From Candidatus Latescibacterota bacterium (GTDB lineage Bacteria > Latescibacterota > UBA2968 > UBA8231): a stretch of 64,000 nucleotides of DNA. Positions within the stretch are counted from its first letter, which is position 1; every line of letters starts with the position of its first letter. A program made the translations under genes and the position numbers. This document shows, piece by piece, positions 1 to 11,927 of the stretch. The notes under the pieces were generated by a model. The model saw nothing but the letters and a program-made list of their open reading frames with translations, did not search any database and was not told the origin of the DNA. The stretch covers positions 5,408,001 through 5,472,000 of the forward strand of contig OZ244561.1 of the NCBI GenBank assembly GCA_965217585.1, written 5' to 3'.

Positions 1-164
1 GGTTGATTCGCTTTGCCCGCGAGCGTTCTGAGCGCACCATGGCCGAGCGCTTGGCCAACGAGTTTATCGCTGCGTCAAGGGGCGAAGGTGGGGCTATACG
101 CATGAAGGAAGATATCCACCGCATGGCCGAGGCGAATAAGGCCTTCGCCCACTACAGATTTTAG
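1..164 (+). CDS. rpsG: 30S ribosomal protein S7, 3' end (5'-truncated by window)
   Basis: Frame from base 3 reads ...[19 protein letters not shown] (TAG 162-164), the S7 C-terminus, directly upstream of fusA. Confidence 0.97.
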   Translation, partial: LIRFARERSERTMAERLANEFIAASRGEGGAIRMKEDIHRMAEANKAFAHYRF

Positions 165-180
165 GGAGTTCTCAGGGGAA

Positions 181-2259
181 ATGGCACGACAGTTTTTACA
201 ACAAGACACGCGCAATATCGGAATTGCGGCTCACATCGACGCTGGCAAAACCACTACTACCGAGCGGATCCTCTACTACACTGGCCGCGTTCACCGCATG
301 GGAGAGGTCCACGACGGCACGGCGACTATGGACTGGATGGAGCAAGAGCGCGAGCGCGGCATTACTATCACCTCTGCGGCTACCGCTTGCGAGTGGAAAG
401 ATCACCGTATCAACATTATCGATACGCCCGGCCACGTGGATTTTACCGCCGAGGTCGAGCGTTCGTTGCGCGTCCTCGACGGGGCCATAGGCGTCTTCTG
501 TGCGGTCGGCGGAGTCGAACCTCAGTCCGAGACCGTCTGGCACCAAGCCGACAAATACGGGGTTCCGCGCATTGCTTTTGTCAACAAAATGGATCGCAAT
601 GGGGCTGATTTTTTCCAGGTCCTGAGCATGCTCAAAGAGCGGTTGAACAGCAATTTCGTGCCCGTCCAGTTGCCCATCGGCGTCGGCGAGACGTTCAATG
701 GCTTGATAGACTTGGTCGAGATGAAGGCCATTACCTATGAAGAGGCCAGCCAAGGCGTCAAGTTTTTCGAGGACGAGATCCCCGCGGATTTGCTGGAGAA
801 TGCCTTGCAATACCGCGAAAACCTGCTCGAGGCGGTGGCCGAATTCGACGATGGACTGCTCGAAAAATTCCTCGAAGGGGAGGAAATTCACCCCGACGAA
901 ATCCGAGTTGCGCTGCGCCAAGCCACCATCGCGCTGAAGGCTGTGCCCGTAACATGTGGCAGTGCTTACAAATACAAAGGCGTTCAGCGCTTGCTCGACG
1001 CTGTGCTGCACTATCTTCCATCCCCGGCCGACATCGGCGAAATCAAGGGCATGCTACCCCATTCCAGCGCGGAGGCGGTGCGTCCCGCCCACGACGATGC
1101 GCCTTTTGCCGGGTTGGCCTTTAAAGTTATGACGGACCCTTTTGTCGGGCGCCTCACCTTTGTTCGCGTCTATTCAGGTGTGCTAAGCTCGGGGACTTAC
1201 CTCTACAATGTGCCTACTGAGCGCCGCGAGCGGACCGCGCGCTTGCTGGAGATGCACGCCAATGACCGCACCGAGCTGTCTCATGCCTATGCAGGTGATA
1301 TAGTCGCTGTGGTCGGCCTCAAAAACACGACTACTGGCGATACGCTTTGCGACGAGCAGCACCCCATCGTCTTGGAAAAGATCGAATTTGCCGAGCCGGT
1401 GGTCCACGTGGCAATTGAGCCAAAGACGCGGGCCGACCAGGAGCAGCTATACATTGCTCTGTCCAAGCTCAGCGAGGAAGATCCGACCTTTCAGATCAAG
1501 CACGACGACGAGACGGGCCAGACGATCATGTCGGGCATGGGCGAACTTCACCTAGAGATACTCATCGACCGCCTCTTCCGCGAATTCAAGGTCGAGGCTA
1601 ATGTCGGCAGGCCCCAAGTGGCCTACAAAGAAGGCCTGCGCAAGGCCGTCGAGAGCACGGGCCGATTCGTGCGACAGACAGGAGGTCGCGGCCAGTACGG
1701 GCACGTCGAGTTGGAGATCGAGCCAGGCGAGCCGGGCAGTGGGCTGGTCTTCGAGTCGAAAATTATCGGTGGCAACATCCCCAAGGAATACATCAATCCA
1801 GTGCGCGAGGGCATCATTGAAGCGATGACCACTGGCCCCGTTGCCGGTTATCCGATCGAGGATATTAAGGTCGTGCTGGTAGATGGGTCGTATCACGAGG
1901 TCGATTCATCGGAAGTCGCCTTTAAGGTTGCCGGGACCATGGCCTTCAAAGACGGTGCTCTGAAGGCGGCTCCCTATCTAATGGAGCCGATTATGGAGTT
2001 GGAGGTCGTCGTCCCCGATCAATATATAGGCGACGTAATGGGCGATCTCAATTCGCACCGGGGTGAAATACAAGGCATTAATCCCCGTTCCGATGCCCAG
2101 GTCGTCAAGGCTTTCGTGCCGCTGAGCGAGACTTTTGGCTACGCCACTCGTCTGCGTTCGCTGACCCAAGGACGGGCGCTTTTTACCATGCAGTTTTCCA
2201 AGTACCAAGCTGTCCCCAAGCACATCACTGAAGAAATCGTCGATAACACTAAAAGTTAA
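181..2259 (+). CDS. fusA: Elongation factor G
   Basis: [34 protein letters not shown] motifs; 692 aa. Confidence 0.99.
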   Translation: MARQFLQQDTRNIGIAAHIDAGKTTTTERILYYTGRVHRMGEVHDGTATMDWMEQERERGITITSAATACEWKDHRINIIDTPGHVDFTAEVERSLRVLDGAIGVFCAVGGVEPQSETVWHQADKYGVPRIAFVNKMDRNGADFFQVLSMLKERLNSNFVPVQLPIGVGETFNGLIDLVEMKAITYEEASQGVKFFEDEIPADLLENALQYRENLLEAVAEFDDGLLEKFLEGEEIHPDEIRVALRQATIALKAVPVTCGSAYKYKGVQRLLDAVLHYLPSPADIGEIKGMLPHSSAEAVRPAHDDAPFAGLAFKVMTDPFVGRLTFVRVYSGVLSSGTYLYNVPTERRERTARLLEMHANDRTELSHAYAGDIVAVVGLKNTTTGDTLCDEQHPIVLEKIEFAEPVVHVAIEPKTRADQEQLYIALSKLSEEDPTFQIKHDDETGQTIMSGMGELHLEILIDRLFREFKVEANVGRPQVAYKEGLRKAVESTGRFVRQTGGRGQYGHVELEIEPGEPGSGLVFESKIIGGNIPKEYINPVREGIIEAMTTGPVAGYPIEDIKVVLVDGSYHEVDSSEVAFKVAGTMAFKDGALKAAPYLMEPIMELEVVVPDQYIGDVMGDLNSHRGEIQGINPRSDAQVVKAFVPLSETFGYATRLRSLTQGRALFTMQFSKYQAVPKHITEEIVDNTKS

Positions 2260-2307
2260 AGCTGTAACCGCCTTCCCAAGGACTAAGGAAAGGAGAGGAT
2301 TAAGGAA

Positions 2308-3498
<1,191 letters not shown>

Positions 3499-3527
3499 GG
3501 ACAGCCTCGTTAGGGAGATGTAAGCCA

Positions 3528-3836
3528 GTGGCAGTTGACAGAATACGCATTCGCCTCAAAGCCTATGACCACATGGCGTTGGACAAATCTGTGGACGAGA
3601 TAGTCCAGACGGTCAAGCGAAGCGGGGCCCGTATCGCCGGCCCGGTGCCGCTGCCGACGGCTCGCACCATATACACCGTGCTGCGATCCCCACATGTGGA
3701 CAAGAAATCGCGCGAGCAGTTCGAAACGCGCATCCACAAGCGGCTCATCGACATTTACGATTCGACGCCGCAGACTGTGGACGCGCTGATGAAGCTCGAT
3801 CTGCCTGCGGGCATCGGCATCGACATAAAGGTTTGA
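3528..3836 (+). CDS. rpsJ: 30S ribosomal protein S10
   Basis: [31 protein letters not shown]. Confidence 0.99.
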   Translation: MAVDRIRIRLKAYDHMALDKSVDEIVQTVKRSGARIAGPVPLPTARTIYTVLRSPHVDKKSREQFETRIHKRLIDIYDSTPQTVDALMKLDLPAGIGIDIKV

Positions 3837-3843
3837 TTGGACA

Positions 3844-4485
3844 ATGATGGGTGCGCAGGTAGAAGTGCTAAATAGCGAAGGGCAAGCAGACGGCTCAGTG
3901 GAATTGCCCGAGGATTTGTTCGGCATTGAGGTTTCAGAATACGCCCTCTATCGAGCGGTCGTCGCTAACCGGGCGAATCAGCGGCAGGGGACGGCCTCGG
4001 CCAAGACCCGGTCCGAGATAGCCCGCACGAGCAAGAAGCACCATCGCCAGAAAGGCACGGGTTGGGCGCGTCGGGGTTCGCTGCGCTCGCCTTTGGTGCG
4101 CGGTGGCGGCGTGGCCTTTGGTCCCCGTCCTCGCTCTTATTCTTCCAAGCTGCCCAAGTCCCTCAAGCGTCTGGCATTCCGCTCGGCACTCACGCTCAAA
4201 GGCACGGGGGGGCAGGTCAAGGTCGTCACCGACTTCGACTTTCCGACTCCCAGTACCCGTTCCTTTCAGAAGGTCATTGAAGCGTGCGGTCTCAAAGACC
4301 AGAAGGTTCTGTTTGTCTCTGTGGAAAGCTCTCCGGTGTTGATCAAGTCGAGCCACAATCTACCTAAGGTGAAAATTGCTCATCTCGGGTCGCTATCTAC
4401 CTATGACTTGCTGGCAACGGACGTGGTCTTATTTACTCGCCAAGCCTTTGACCGGCTCGTAGAAACCCATGGCCAAAGGGGCTGA
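3844..4485 (+). CDS. rplD: 50S ribosomal protein L4
   Basis: RQGTASAKTRSE, QKGTG.AR.GS, GGGVAFGPRPR. Confidence 0.97.
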   Translation: MMGAQVEVLNSEGQADGSVELPEDLFGIEVSEYALYRAVVANRANQRQGTASAKTRSEIARTSKKHHRQKGTGWARRGSLRSPLVRGGGVAFGPRPRSYSSKLPKSLKRLAFRSALTLKGTGGQVKVVTDFDFPTPSTRSFQKVIEACGLKDQKVLFVSVESSPVLIKSSHNLPKVKIAHLGSLSTYDLLATDVVLFTRQAFDRLVETHGQRG

Positions 4486-4489
4486 GAAG

Positions 4490-4774
4490 ATGAACCCGCG
4501 AGCGATTATTCAGGAGCCGGTGATCACCGAAAAAGCCTCCATGTTGCGCGAGGGCAATAAGTACGCCTTTCGCGTCCATCCCAAGGCCAACAAACTCCAG
4601 ATCCGCCAGGCAGTAGAATCCATTTTTTCGGTCAAGGTCGAATCCGTCCGCACCATCAAAGTCCCCAGCAAGCCCAAGCGGCAAGGGATGTACCTAGGGC
4701 GGCGTGCTGGTTGGAAAAAGGCCTATGTGACGCTCCGGGCCGGTGACTCCATTGAATTTGCTGAAAATATCTAG
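4490..4774 (+). CDS. rplW: 50S ribosomal protein L23
   Basis: PVITEKA, ANKLQIRQAVE, WKKAYVTL; start moved to ATG 4490. Confidence 0.96.
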   Translation: MNPRAIIQEPVITEKASMLREGNKYAFRVHPKANKLQIRQAVESIFSVKVESVRTIKVPSKPKRQGMYLGRRAGWKKAYVTLRAGDSIEFAENI

Positions 4775-4790
4775 CTAAACTGGACTTGAG

Positions 4791-5642
4791 ATGGCAGTCA
4801 AGAAATTTCGCCCCACAACCCCGACGCTGCGCTACAAGACGGTCAACTCCTTTGAGGAGCTAACGCGCAGCAAGCCCGAGAAGTCGTTGCTCGCTGCTGC
4901 CGTTGGCAAGTCGGGCGGGCGCAACAATCAGGGCCGCATGACCATGCGTCGGCGCGGAGGGGGGCACAAGAGGCGCTACCGCGTCATCGACTTCAAGCGC
5001 ACCAAATTCGACAAGCGCACCAAACTCGGTGTCCCGGGTCGGGTCGCCGCGATCGAATACGATCCCAACCGCTCGGCATTTATTGCCCTTGTCGTCTACG
5101 CCGATGGAGACAAGCGCTACATTCTCGCGCCTTTGGGGCTGAAGGTCGGGGCCGAGGTCATCGCCGGTCCCAATGCCCCAATCCAAGTCGGCAATGCCTT
5201 GCCGTTGGCCAATATTCCCTTGGGGGCGACGGTTCACAATGTCGAGCTCAATCCCGGTCGCGGCGGGCAATTAGCGCGTAGCGCGGGTGCCGAAGTGCAG
5301 CTTCTTGGCCGCGACGGCGGGCGGGCGCAGTTGCGACTGCCTTCGGGGGAAAATCGCGAAGTACCCGTCCAGTGCATGGCGACCTTGGGGCAGGTGGGCA
5401 ATATCGAACACGCCAATATTGTCATTGGCAAGGCTGGCCGCTCTCGTTGGTTGGGGCGCAGGCCCAAGGTGCGGGGCGTAGTTATGAATCCGGTTGACCA
5501 CCCGCATGGCGGAGGCGAAGGCCGATCTTCAGGCGGACGACACCCGGTCACTCCTTGGGGCAAGCCCACCAAGGGGTACAAGACGCGCAAGCGCAAAAAC
5601 CAAAGCAATCAGTGGATCATACGCCGGCGCAACGCGAAGTAG
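4791..5642 (+). CDS. rplB: 50S ribosomal protein L2
   Basis: [30 protein letters not shown]. Confidence 0.99.
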   Translation: MAVKKFRPTTPTLRYKTVNSFEELTRSKPEKSLLAAAVGKSGGRNNQGRMTMRRRGGGHKRRYRVIDFKRTKFDKRTKLGVPGRVAAIEYDPNRSAFIALVVYADGDKRYILAPLGLKVGAEVIAGPNAPIQVGNALPLANIPLGATVHNVELNPGRGGQLARSAGAEVQLLGRDGGRAQLRLPSGENREVPVQCMATLGQVGNIEHANIVIGKAGRSRWLGRRPKVRGVVMNPVDHPHGGGEGRSSGGRHPVTPWGKPTKGYKTRKRKNQSNQWIIRRRNAK

Positions 5643-5651
5643 CGAGGAATT

Positions 5652-5939
5652 ATGGCAAGATCGATTAAAAAAGGCCCCTTTATCGACGGGCATTTAGCAA
5701 AAAAGGTCGAGCACCTCAATCGCACGGGCGACAAGCAGGTCGTACGGACTTGGTCGCGGCGCTCAACCATTACGCCCGACTTCGTCGGCCATACGCTAGC
5801 CGTTTACAACGGCAATAAGTTCATTCCGGTGTACATCACAGAGAACATGGTCGGGCACAAGCTCGGCGAGTTCGCTCCGACCCGCACCTTCCGCGGCCAC
5901 GGGGGGCGGTTGACCGAGCGCGGCACGAGAGTGCAATAA
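5652..5939 (+). CDS. rpsS: 30S ribosomal protein S19
   Basis: [27 protein letters not shown]. Confidence 0.99.
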   Translation: MARSIKKGPFIDGHLAKKVEHLNRTGDKQVVRTWSRRSTITPDFVGHTLAVYNGNKFIPVYITENMVGHKLGEFAPTRTFRGHGGRLTERGTRVQ

Positions 5940-5941
5940 GC

Positions 5942-6289
5942 ATGGAAGCCAAAGCCGTACTCAAACAAATCGGTGTACCGACGATTAAGGTGCGCCAACT
6001 CATTGACCTGATTCGCGGCAAGCCGGTCGCCGAGGCCCTTACCATTCTTCGGTTTTCGCCTCGCCCAGTGGCCAAGCTGGTCGAAAAGACCCTGCGTTCG
6101 GCCATATCCAATGGGATCAATCAGGACGAAGAAAACCCGGTCGACGCCGACGATCTCTACGTAACGCGCGTCTTCGCCGACGAAGGACGCGATCTCAAGC
6201 GCATTCGTCCGCGGGCCCGCGGCTCGGCTGATCGCATTCGCAAGCGCCACTGCAATCTCACGGTCGTCGTCAGCGACGAGACCAACTAA
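5942..6289 (+). CDS. rplV: 50S ribosomal protein L22
   Basis: DLIRGK, KRIRPRARG..DRIRKR; operon position. Confidence 0.97.
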   Translation: MEAKAVLKQIGVPTIKVRQLIDLIRGKPVAEALTILRFSPRPVAKLVEKTLRSAISNGINQDEENPVDADDLYVTRVFADEGRDLKRIRPRARGSADRIRKRHCNLTVVVSDETN

Positions 6290-6299
6290 GGGGGACAGC

Positions 6300-6956
6300 T
6301 TGGGACAGAAAACACATCCATACGGCTTCCGTCTCGGGGTCATCAAGCCCTGGCGTTCAAATTGGTTCGCCGAAAAGGATTTTTCCGAGTTGCTCAAAGA
6401 AGACCTCATGTTGCGGCGCTACGTGCGCCAGCGCCTACAGCGAGCCGGCGTGTCCCAGATCAACATTGAGCGTCAGCCCAAGCGGGTTACCGTTGAAGTG
6501 CATACGGCTCGTCCTGGTATTGCCATTGGTCGCCGCGGGGCCGAAGTCGATAAGATCCGCGATGAGCTCAAGGCACTGACCAGCAAGGATGTCTCGCTCA
6601 ATATCCAAGAGATTAAGAAGCCCGAACTGGATGCTCAGCTAGTGGCCGATAATCTCGCTCGCCAGCTAGAGCAGCGCGTTTCTTTTCGCCGGGCTATGAA
6701 GAAATCCGTAGCCTCGTCGATGCGCATGGGGGCCGAGGGTATCCGCATCGTCTGTTCCGGGCGCATCGGTGGTTCGGAAATGGGGCGGCGCGAGCGTTCC
6801 GAGCCAGCCGGTCGGGTTCCCTTGCACACGCTGCGCGCCGATATCGACTACGCCATGGCAACGGCCTATACCGTATCGGGGACTGTGGGCGTAAAAGTTT
6901 GGATTTGCCACGGCGAAGTCGTGGCCGAAGAAGAAGGGGCCGCTCGCGCGGTCTAA
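6300..6956 (+). CDS. rpsC: 30S ribosomal protein S3
   Basis: GQKTHPYGFRLG, ARPGIAIGRRG, GRVPLHTLRADIDY; TTG start. Confidence 0.98.
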   Translation: MGQKTHPYGFRLGVIKPWRSNWFAEKDFSELLKEDLMLRRYVRQRLQRAGVSQINIERQPKRVTVEVHTARPGIAIGRRGAEVDKIRDELKALTSKDVSLNIQEIKKPELDAQLVADNLARQLEQRVSFRRAMKKSVASSMRMGAEGIRIVCSGRIGGSEMGRRERSEPAGRVPLHTLRADIDYAMATAYTVSGTVGVKVWICHGEVVAEEEGAARAV

Positions 6957-6974
6957 TTACAGCGAGACACTCTC

Positions 6975-7382
6975 ATGTTGATGCCCAAGAAGTCCAAGTG
7001 GAGGAAGCAGGCGCGGGGCCGCATGCGTGGCCAGACTAAAGGCGGGGACATGGTCTCCTTCGGCGAATACGGTCTCAAAGCCCTCGAGCCCTGTTGGGTC
7101 ACCAGCCGTCAGATCGAGGCTATGCGCGTGACGATCAGTCGGGCGATGAGCCGCACGGGCAAGATGTGGATCCGCATTTTTCCCGACAAACCGATCACCA
7201 AGAAACCAGCCGAAACCCGCATGGGCAAAGGCAAGGGGCCGCCGGAGGGATGGGTTGCGGTCGTCAAACCCGGGCGGGTGATGTTCGAGCTTTCCGGGGT
7301 GCCCGAAGACATGGCCCGCGAGGCATTCCGCCGCGCTGGCCACAAATTGCCCATCAAGACCAAGGTCGTCAAACGAGTTTGA
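6975..7382 (+). CDS. rplP: 50S ribosomal protein L16
   Basis: [27 protein letters not shown]. Confidence 0.99.
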   Translation: MLMPKKSKWRKQARGRMRGQTKGGDMVSFGEYGLKALEPCWVTSRQIEAMRVTISRAMSRTGKMWIRIFPDKPITKKPAETRMGKGKGPPEGWVAVVKPGRVMFELSGVPEDMAREAFRRAGHKLPIKTKVVKRV

Positions 7383-7386
7383 GGTT

Positions 7387-7602
7387 ATGAAGGTCAGCGA
7401 ATTGCGCGAGATGAGTTCAGAGGAAGTGCAAAACAGGTTGGAAGAACTGCACGAGGAGTTTTTCAACCTGCGTTTTCAGCACGTAGCCGGCCAGTTGACT
7501 AGCCCCATTCGCTTGCGGCAAGTGCGGCGCGACATTGCCAAGGCGCACACCGTGCTCAAAGAGCACGCCCTCGGGGTGCGTCCCTTGGCCGGTGGGAAAT
7601 AA
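7387..7602 (+). CDS. rpmC: 50S ribosomal protein L29
   Basis: ELREMS, FNLRFQ, VRRDIA. Confidence 0.96.
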   Translation: MKVSELREMSSEEVQNRLEELHEEFFNLRFQHVAGQLTSPIRLRQVRRDIAKAHTVLKEHALGVRPLAGGK

Positions 7603-7607
7603 AGGAA

Positions 7608-7865
7608 ATGGCTAAACAAAAAAGAGGCCGGCGTCAGGCCGAAGGACGAGTGCTCAAGGCCAACAACGTCAAGACGCGCATCGTGGCGGTTGAACAGCGC
7701 ATTCCGCATGCCCTGTACGGCCGGATCATCCGCCGCACCGCCAAGTTCGTCGCCCACGACGAGCGCGAAGAGTCGCAGGTTGGCGATCTCGTGCGCATTG
7801 AGGAGTGCCGCCCCCTGAGCAAGACCAAGCGTTGGCGGCTCGTCGATGTATTAGAGCGGCAGTAA
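7608..7865 (+). CDS. rpsQ: 30S ribosomal protein S17
   Basis: [22 protein letters not shown]. Confidence 0.96.
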   Translation: MAKQKRGRRQAEGRVLKANNVKTRIVAVEQRIPHALYGRIIRRTAKFVAHDEREESQVGDLVRIEECRPLSKTKRWRLVDVLERQ

Positions 7866-7892
7866 ATCAAAATTTAGGCTTGTAGGAACAAA

Positions 7893-8261
7893 ATGATTCG
7901 GGAATACAGCGTAGTCAAAATGGCGGATAATGCCGGGGCCCGCACAGGCCGCTGCATTCGCGTACTCGGCGGCTCCCGCAAGCGCTATGCCAGCATTGGC
8001 GACCTGATCGTAGTCGCCGTCCATGGCGTAGCGCCGAACGGGCCTTTAGAGGAAGGGCAAGTCGTCAAGGCCGTAGTCGTGCGGACCAAGAAGGAGTATC
8101 GCCGTCCAGATGGATCCTATATCCGCTTTGACGACAATGCCGCCGTACTGGTCAACGACGACAAGGAGCCAACAGGTACTCGCATATTCGGGCCTGTGGC
8201 CCGCGAGCTGCGCGAAAAGCAATACATGCGCATTGTATCGCTGGCACCCGAGGTAGTCTGA
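7893..8261 (+). CDS. rplN: 50S ribosomal protein L14
   Basis: [34 protein letters not shown]. Confidence 0.98.
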   Translation: MIREYSVVKMADNAGARTGRCIRVLGGSRKRYASIGDLIVVAVHGVAPNGPLEEGQVVKAVVVRTKKEYRRPDGSYIRFDDNAAVLVNDDKEPTGTRIFGPVARELREKQYMRIVSLAPEVV

Positions 8262-8272
8262 GGAAGAGCGCA

Positions 8273-8590
8273 ATGGACATTCGCAAAGGCGATACAATAC
8301 AGGTCATAAGCGGCAACGACAAAGGTCGACGCTCGACGGTGCTCAGCGTGTTCAAGGATCGGGGGCGGATCATCGTCGAAGGCGTGAATATGCGCAAGCA
8401 CCACACTCGTCCCACATCGCGCGATCCCCAAGGGGGTATCGTTGAGCGCGAGGGCCCCATTCACGTTTCCAATGTCATGATCGTCTGCCCCAAGACCGAC
8501 CAACCGACGCGCATCGGGCACAAGAAGCTCGACAACGGAAAACGCGTGCGCGTCTCTATTCGCAGCGGCGAAATGATTGACCCAGAATAA
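8273..8590 (+). CDS. rplX: 50S ribosomal protein L24
   Basis: KOW motif IRKGD..VISG.DKG, EGVN, PIHVSNV. Confidence 0.97.
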   Translation: MDIRKGDTIQVISGNDKGRRSTVLSVFKDRGRIIVEGVNMRKHHTRPTSRDPQGGIVEREGPIHVSNVMIVCPKTDQPTRIGHKKLDNGKRVRVSIRSGEMIDPE

Positions 8591-8593
8591 GCC

Positions 8594-9139
8594 ATGAACG
8601 AAGCCAGACTAAAAAAACAGTACAAAGAAGAGGCGCTGCCTCAGCTCAAGGCCCGCTTCTCGTTTGAGAACGACATGCAGGTACCGCGCTTGGAGAAGGT
8701 CGTCGTCAATATGGGCGTCGGCGAGGCGGTGCAGGAGCCCAAGGTGCTCGAAGGTGCTATATCCGAATTGACGGCTATCACCGGCCAAAAGCCCGCCGTC
8801 CGCCACGCCAAGAAGGCGATCTCAAACTTCAAGTTGCGCGTCGGCATTCCCATCGGCTGCATGGTCACCTTGCGGGGCACCCACATGTACGAGTTTCTCG
8901 ACCGCTTGATCAGCTTCGCTTTGCCGCAGGTCCGAGATTTCCGTGGGGTTTCTCCCAAGAGCTTCGACGGACGCGGCAACTACAATCTGGGCATCAAGGA
9001 ACAGATCATATTCCCCGAGATCAACTACGACATGATCGACCAAGTCCGGGGTATGAATATCACCATCGTCACCTCGGCTAAAAGCGACGAGCAAGGTCAA
9101 GAGCTGCTCCGGTTGTTGGGCATGCCCTTTAGTCAATAG
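8594..9139 (+). CDS. rplE: 50S ribosomal protein L5
   Basis: [35 protein letters not shown]. Confidence 0.99.
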   Translation: MNEARLKKQYKEEALPQLKARFSFENDMQVPRLEKVVVNMGVGEAVQEPKVLEGAISELTAITGQKPAVRHAKKAISNFKLRVGIPIGCMVTLRGTHMYEFLDRLISFALPQVRDFRGVSPKSFDGRGNYNLGIKEQIIFPEINYDMIDQVRGMNITIVTSAKSDEQGQELLRLLGMPFSQ

Positions 9140-9158
9140 AGCCGGAAAGAACCTGCTA

Positions 9159-9344
9159 ATGCCAAAGAAATGCCTGATAGCCAAAGCGCAGCGCAAACCC
9201 AAGTTTTCCTCGCAAGCCTATACTCGCTGCCACCGCTGTGGACGCCCGCGTGCCGTATATCGCAAGTTCGGCCTGTGTCGCATCTGTTTCCGCGAATTGG
9301 CCCTCAGGGGCGAGATTCCGGGCGTTCGCAAGGCGAGCTGGTAG
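9159..9344 (+). CDS. rpsN: 30S ribosomal protein S14, zinc-binding 61-aa type
   Basis: [23 protein letters not shown]. Confidence 0.97.
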   Translation: MPKKCLIAKAQRKPKFSSQAYTRCHRCGRPRAVYRKFGLCRICFRELALRGEIPGVRKASW

Positions 9345-9362
9345 CGGGCTGGAGAAATCAAT

Positions 9363-9761
9363 ATGAGCATGACGGATCCCATAGCGGATATGTTGACCCG
9401 CATTCGCAATGCCTCGAGTGCCAAGCACTCGAGAGTTGACGTGCCCGCCTCTAGACTGAAGCGAGAAGTGGCCCGCGTATTGGCCGAGTCCCGTTTTATC
9501 GACAACTTCGCCTTTATCGAAGACAGCAAGCAGGGCATTTTGCGGCTCTACCTGCGCTACGATAAGAATGAAAACAGCATCATTCGCGGGATAGAGCGCG
9601 TCAGCAAGCCTGGCTTGCGCCAATATTCGGGCAAAGCCGGTATTCCGCGCGTGCTCCGCGGGCTGGGCATCGCCATCATCTCCACCTCTAAGGGAGTGAT
9701 GACGGATAAACAAGCGAGGATGAACGGCGTAGGCGGCGAAATCCTCTGTAGCGTCTGGTAA
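9363..9761 (+). CDS. rpsH: 30S ribosomal protein S8
   Basis: DPIADMLTRIRNA, SKPGLR, STSKGVMTD. Confidence 0.99.
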   Translation: MSMTDPIADMLTRIRNASSAKHSRVDVPASRLKREVARVLAESRFIDNFAFIEDSKQGILRLYLRYDKNENSIIRGIERVSKPGLRQYSGKAGIPRVLRGLGIAIISTSKGVMTDKQARMNGVGGEILCSVW

Positions 9762-9786
9762 ATGAAGTCACTAGGAGAATGTTAGA

Positions 9787-10344
9787 TTGTCGCGCATAGG
9801 TAGCGAACCCCTTCCCCTACCACAGGGAGTTGAAGTCGCGTTGGCCCCTGCCGAGGTCTCCGTAAAAGGGCCAAAGGGCCAGTTACAGGTGCCGTTTATC
9901 GCCGAGCACCTCGCGGTGGCTCAGCAGGACAGCGCTTTAACTGTGACGCGCAAAGGCGAGAGCAAACATGCTCGCTCCCTACACGGATTGACCCGAACCT
10001 TGATCGCCAATGCGGTCGAGGGGGTCTCTGAGGGTTTTTTCAAGAACTTGGATCTATTCGGCGTAGGGTACCGGGCCGAGGTCCAGGGCAGACAGCTCGT
10101 GCTCCACGTGGGCTATTCGCATCCGGTGATCTACGAAGTGCCCGAGGAGATCCAAGTCGAAGTGTCCGCGGGTGCTGGAGGGGCACAAGCCCGCATCGTC
10201 GTCCGGGGTATCGACAAGCAACTCGTGGGTCAAGTGGCCGCCAATATTCGCTTCAAGCGCCGCCCGGAGCCTTATAAGGGCAAGGGGATCCGCTATGAGA
10301 ACGAGACTATTCACTGGAAACAGGGCAAGACGGCAGGCGAATGA
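9787..10344 (+). CDS. rplF: 50S ribosomal protein L6
   Basis: MSRIG, VKGPKG, GVGYRA, PEPYKGKGIRY. Confidence 0.98.
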   Translation: MSRIGSEPLPLPQGVEVALAPAEVSVKGPKGQLQVPFIAEHLAVAQQDSALTVTRKGESKHARSLHGLTRTLIANAVEGVSEGFFKNLDLFGVGYRAEVQGRQLVLHVGYSHPVIYEVPEEIQVEVSAGAGGAQARIVVRGIDKQLVGQVAANIRFKRRPEPYKGKGIRYENETIHWKQGKTAGE

Positions 10345-10715
10345 AAGACAAAAAACACTTGGTCGAAAATCGCCAGCGGCGGCAGCGGCGGCGGCACCGG
10401 CTGCGCAAGATTGTCTCCGGTACGTCCGCTCGACCGCGCATGGTGGTGCATCGTTCCCTGCGCCATATCGAGGTGCAGCTCGTCGACGACGTGGCGGGTC
10501 ATTCCCTTTTAGGCCTTTCCACTCTGTCTCAGGAGCTAAGGGAGCGGCAGTTTGACAATCGGGTGGTGCAGGGGCACGAGATAGGTAAGATAGTTGCCGC
10601 TAAGGCGCGCGAACAAGGCATTGAGCAGGTCGTCTTTGATCGCGGCGGCTTTCTCTATCACGGGGTAATCAAAGCCGTGGCCGACGGGGCGCGGGAAGCC
10701 GGCTTGAATTTCTAA
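10341..10715 (+). CDS. rplR: 50S ribosomal protein L18
   Basis: [18 protein letters not shown]. Confidence 0.97.
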   Translation: MKDKKHLVENRQRRQRRRHRLRKIVSGTSARPRMVVHRSLRHIEVQLVDDVAGHSLLGLSTLSQELRERQFDNRVVQGHEIGKIVAAKAREQGIEQVVFDRGGFLYHGVIKAVADGAREAGLNF

Positions 10716-10726
10716 GGGAGAACGGC

Positions 10727-11275
10727 GTGGCGAAAGCAGATACTAGCAGAGCGAAATCCGACAGAGCGAAATCCGATCCCAGTGGTACGGAACTGAGCGA
10801 AGTTGTCGTCCAAAACAGCATCAAGCGAGTTTCGCACGTGCGCAAGGGCGGTCGGCGTTTCAGCTTCAGCGCGATGGTCGTAGTTGGCGACCGCAATGGC
10901 CGAGTGGGGTTTGGCGCTGGCAAGGCCGGCGAGATCGCCGAGGCCATCCGCAAGGGTGCTGAGGCGGCCAAAAAGAACGTCGTCGAGGTCCCGGTGACTG
11001 ACGGGACCATACCGCATGAGATCGTCGGGGTCTTTGGCGCGGCTAAGGTACTTTTTAAGCCAGCTACCCCGGGAACTGGTATCATCGCCAGCGGCGGTAC
11101 CCGCATCGTGCTGGAGCTAGCCGGCGTCCATGATATTCTGACCAAATCCCTCGGCTCCAACAACGTGCAGAATTCAGTGAAGGCGACCGTCAAAGCACTG
11201 GCACAACTGCGCAGTGCCGAGATGATCGCTCGGGATCGCGGCGTGCCGGTGGAATCGCTCCGCGCTTGGGATTAA
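10727..11275 (+). CDS. rpsE: 30S ribosomal protein S5
   Basis: [37 protein letters not shown]. Confidence 0.97.
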   Translation: MAKADTSRAKSDRAKSDPSGTELSEVVVQNSIKRVSHVRKGGRRFSFSAMVVVGDRNGRVGFGAGKAGEIAEAIRKGAEAAKKNVVEVPVTDGTIPHEIVGVFGAAKVLFKPATPGTGIIASGGTRIVLELAGVHDILTKSLGSNNVQNSVKATVKALAQLRSAEMIARDRGVPVESLRAWD

Positions 11276-11281
11276 CAGCCA

Positions 11282-11464
11282 ATGAAACTGGTCATTACAC
11301 AGCGGCGCAGTGCCATCGGCCGCGCCAAAGGGCAAAAGGCGACGATTTCGGCTCTGGGAATCAAGCGTCTATATCAACAGGTCGTACACGACGACACCCC
11401 CCAGATCCGGGGTATGATCGCCAAAGTCAAGCATTTGGTCGCAGTTGAGGAAGTAGAAAAGTAA
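11282..11464 (+). CDS. rpmD: 50S ribosomal protein L30
   Basis: RSAIG, DTPQIRGMI.KVKHLV. Confidence 0.96.
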   Translation: MKLVITQRRSAIGRAKGQKATISALGIKRLYQQVVHDDTPQIRGMIAKVKHLVAVEEVEK

Positions 11465-11477
11465 GCGAGAGCGTATC

Positions 11478-11927
11478 ATGCGTCTAGAAAATATAAAATG
11501 CCCTCCGGGGTCTAAGCGGGACCGCAAGCGGTTGGGGCAAGGACCGGGTTCGGGGACGGGCAAGACTGCGGGCAAAGGCCATAAAGGTCAGCGGGCTAGG
11601 TCCGGTGCTAGGCGCGGTAACCGCATTGGGTTCACTGGCGGTACGCTACCGCTGTTCCGCCACATTCCCAAGGTGGGTTTTTCCAACCACAAATTCAAAA
11701 CGATCTATCAGATTGTCAATCTGCGAGATCTCGAAGAGAGGGGACTCAGCGGGGAAATCGGGCCAGAGGAAATGGCTGCTGCTGGCTTAATCGCCAAGCC
11801 ATCGGGACTGCTGAAGGTCCTAGGCGAAGGGGAACTGAGTCAGTCCCTGACGGTCAAAGCGCACAAATTCTCCTCTACGGCAGCAGAGAAAATCGCCAAA
11901 GCGGGCGGTCAGGCCGAGGTAATTTGA
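11478..11927 (+). CDS. rplO: 50S ribosomal protein L15
   Basis: GSGTGKTAGKGHKGQRAR, KVLGEGEL, KAGG. Confidence 0.97.
   Translation: MRLENIKCPPGSKRDRKRLGQGPGSGTGKTAGKGHKGQRARSGARRGNRIGFTGGTLPLFRHIPKVGFSNHKFKTIYQIVNLRDLEERGLSGEIGPEEMAAAGLIAKPSGLLKVLGEGELSQSLTVKAHKFSSTAAEKIAKAGGQAEVI

Noticed and set aside
196-1011. 271-aa antisense ORF and the many similar shadow ORFs (e.g. 15268-15909, 33745-34635, 48966-49673)
   Set aside because: They lie opposite well-supported genes and are expected from high-GC codon bias; no motifs
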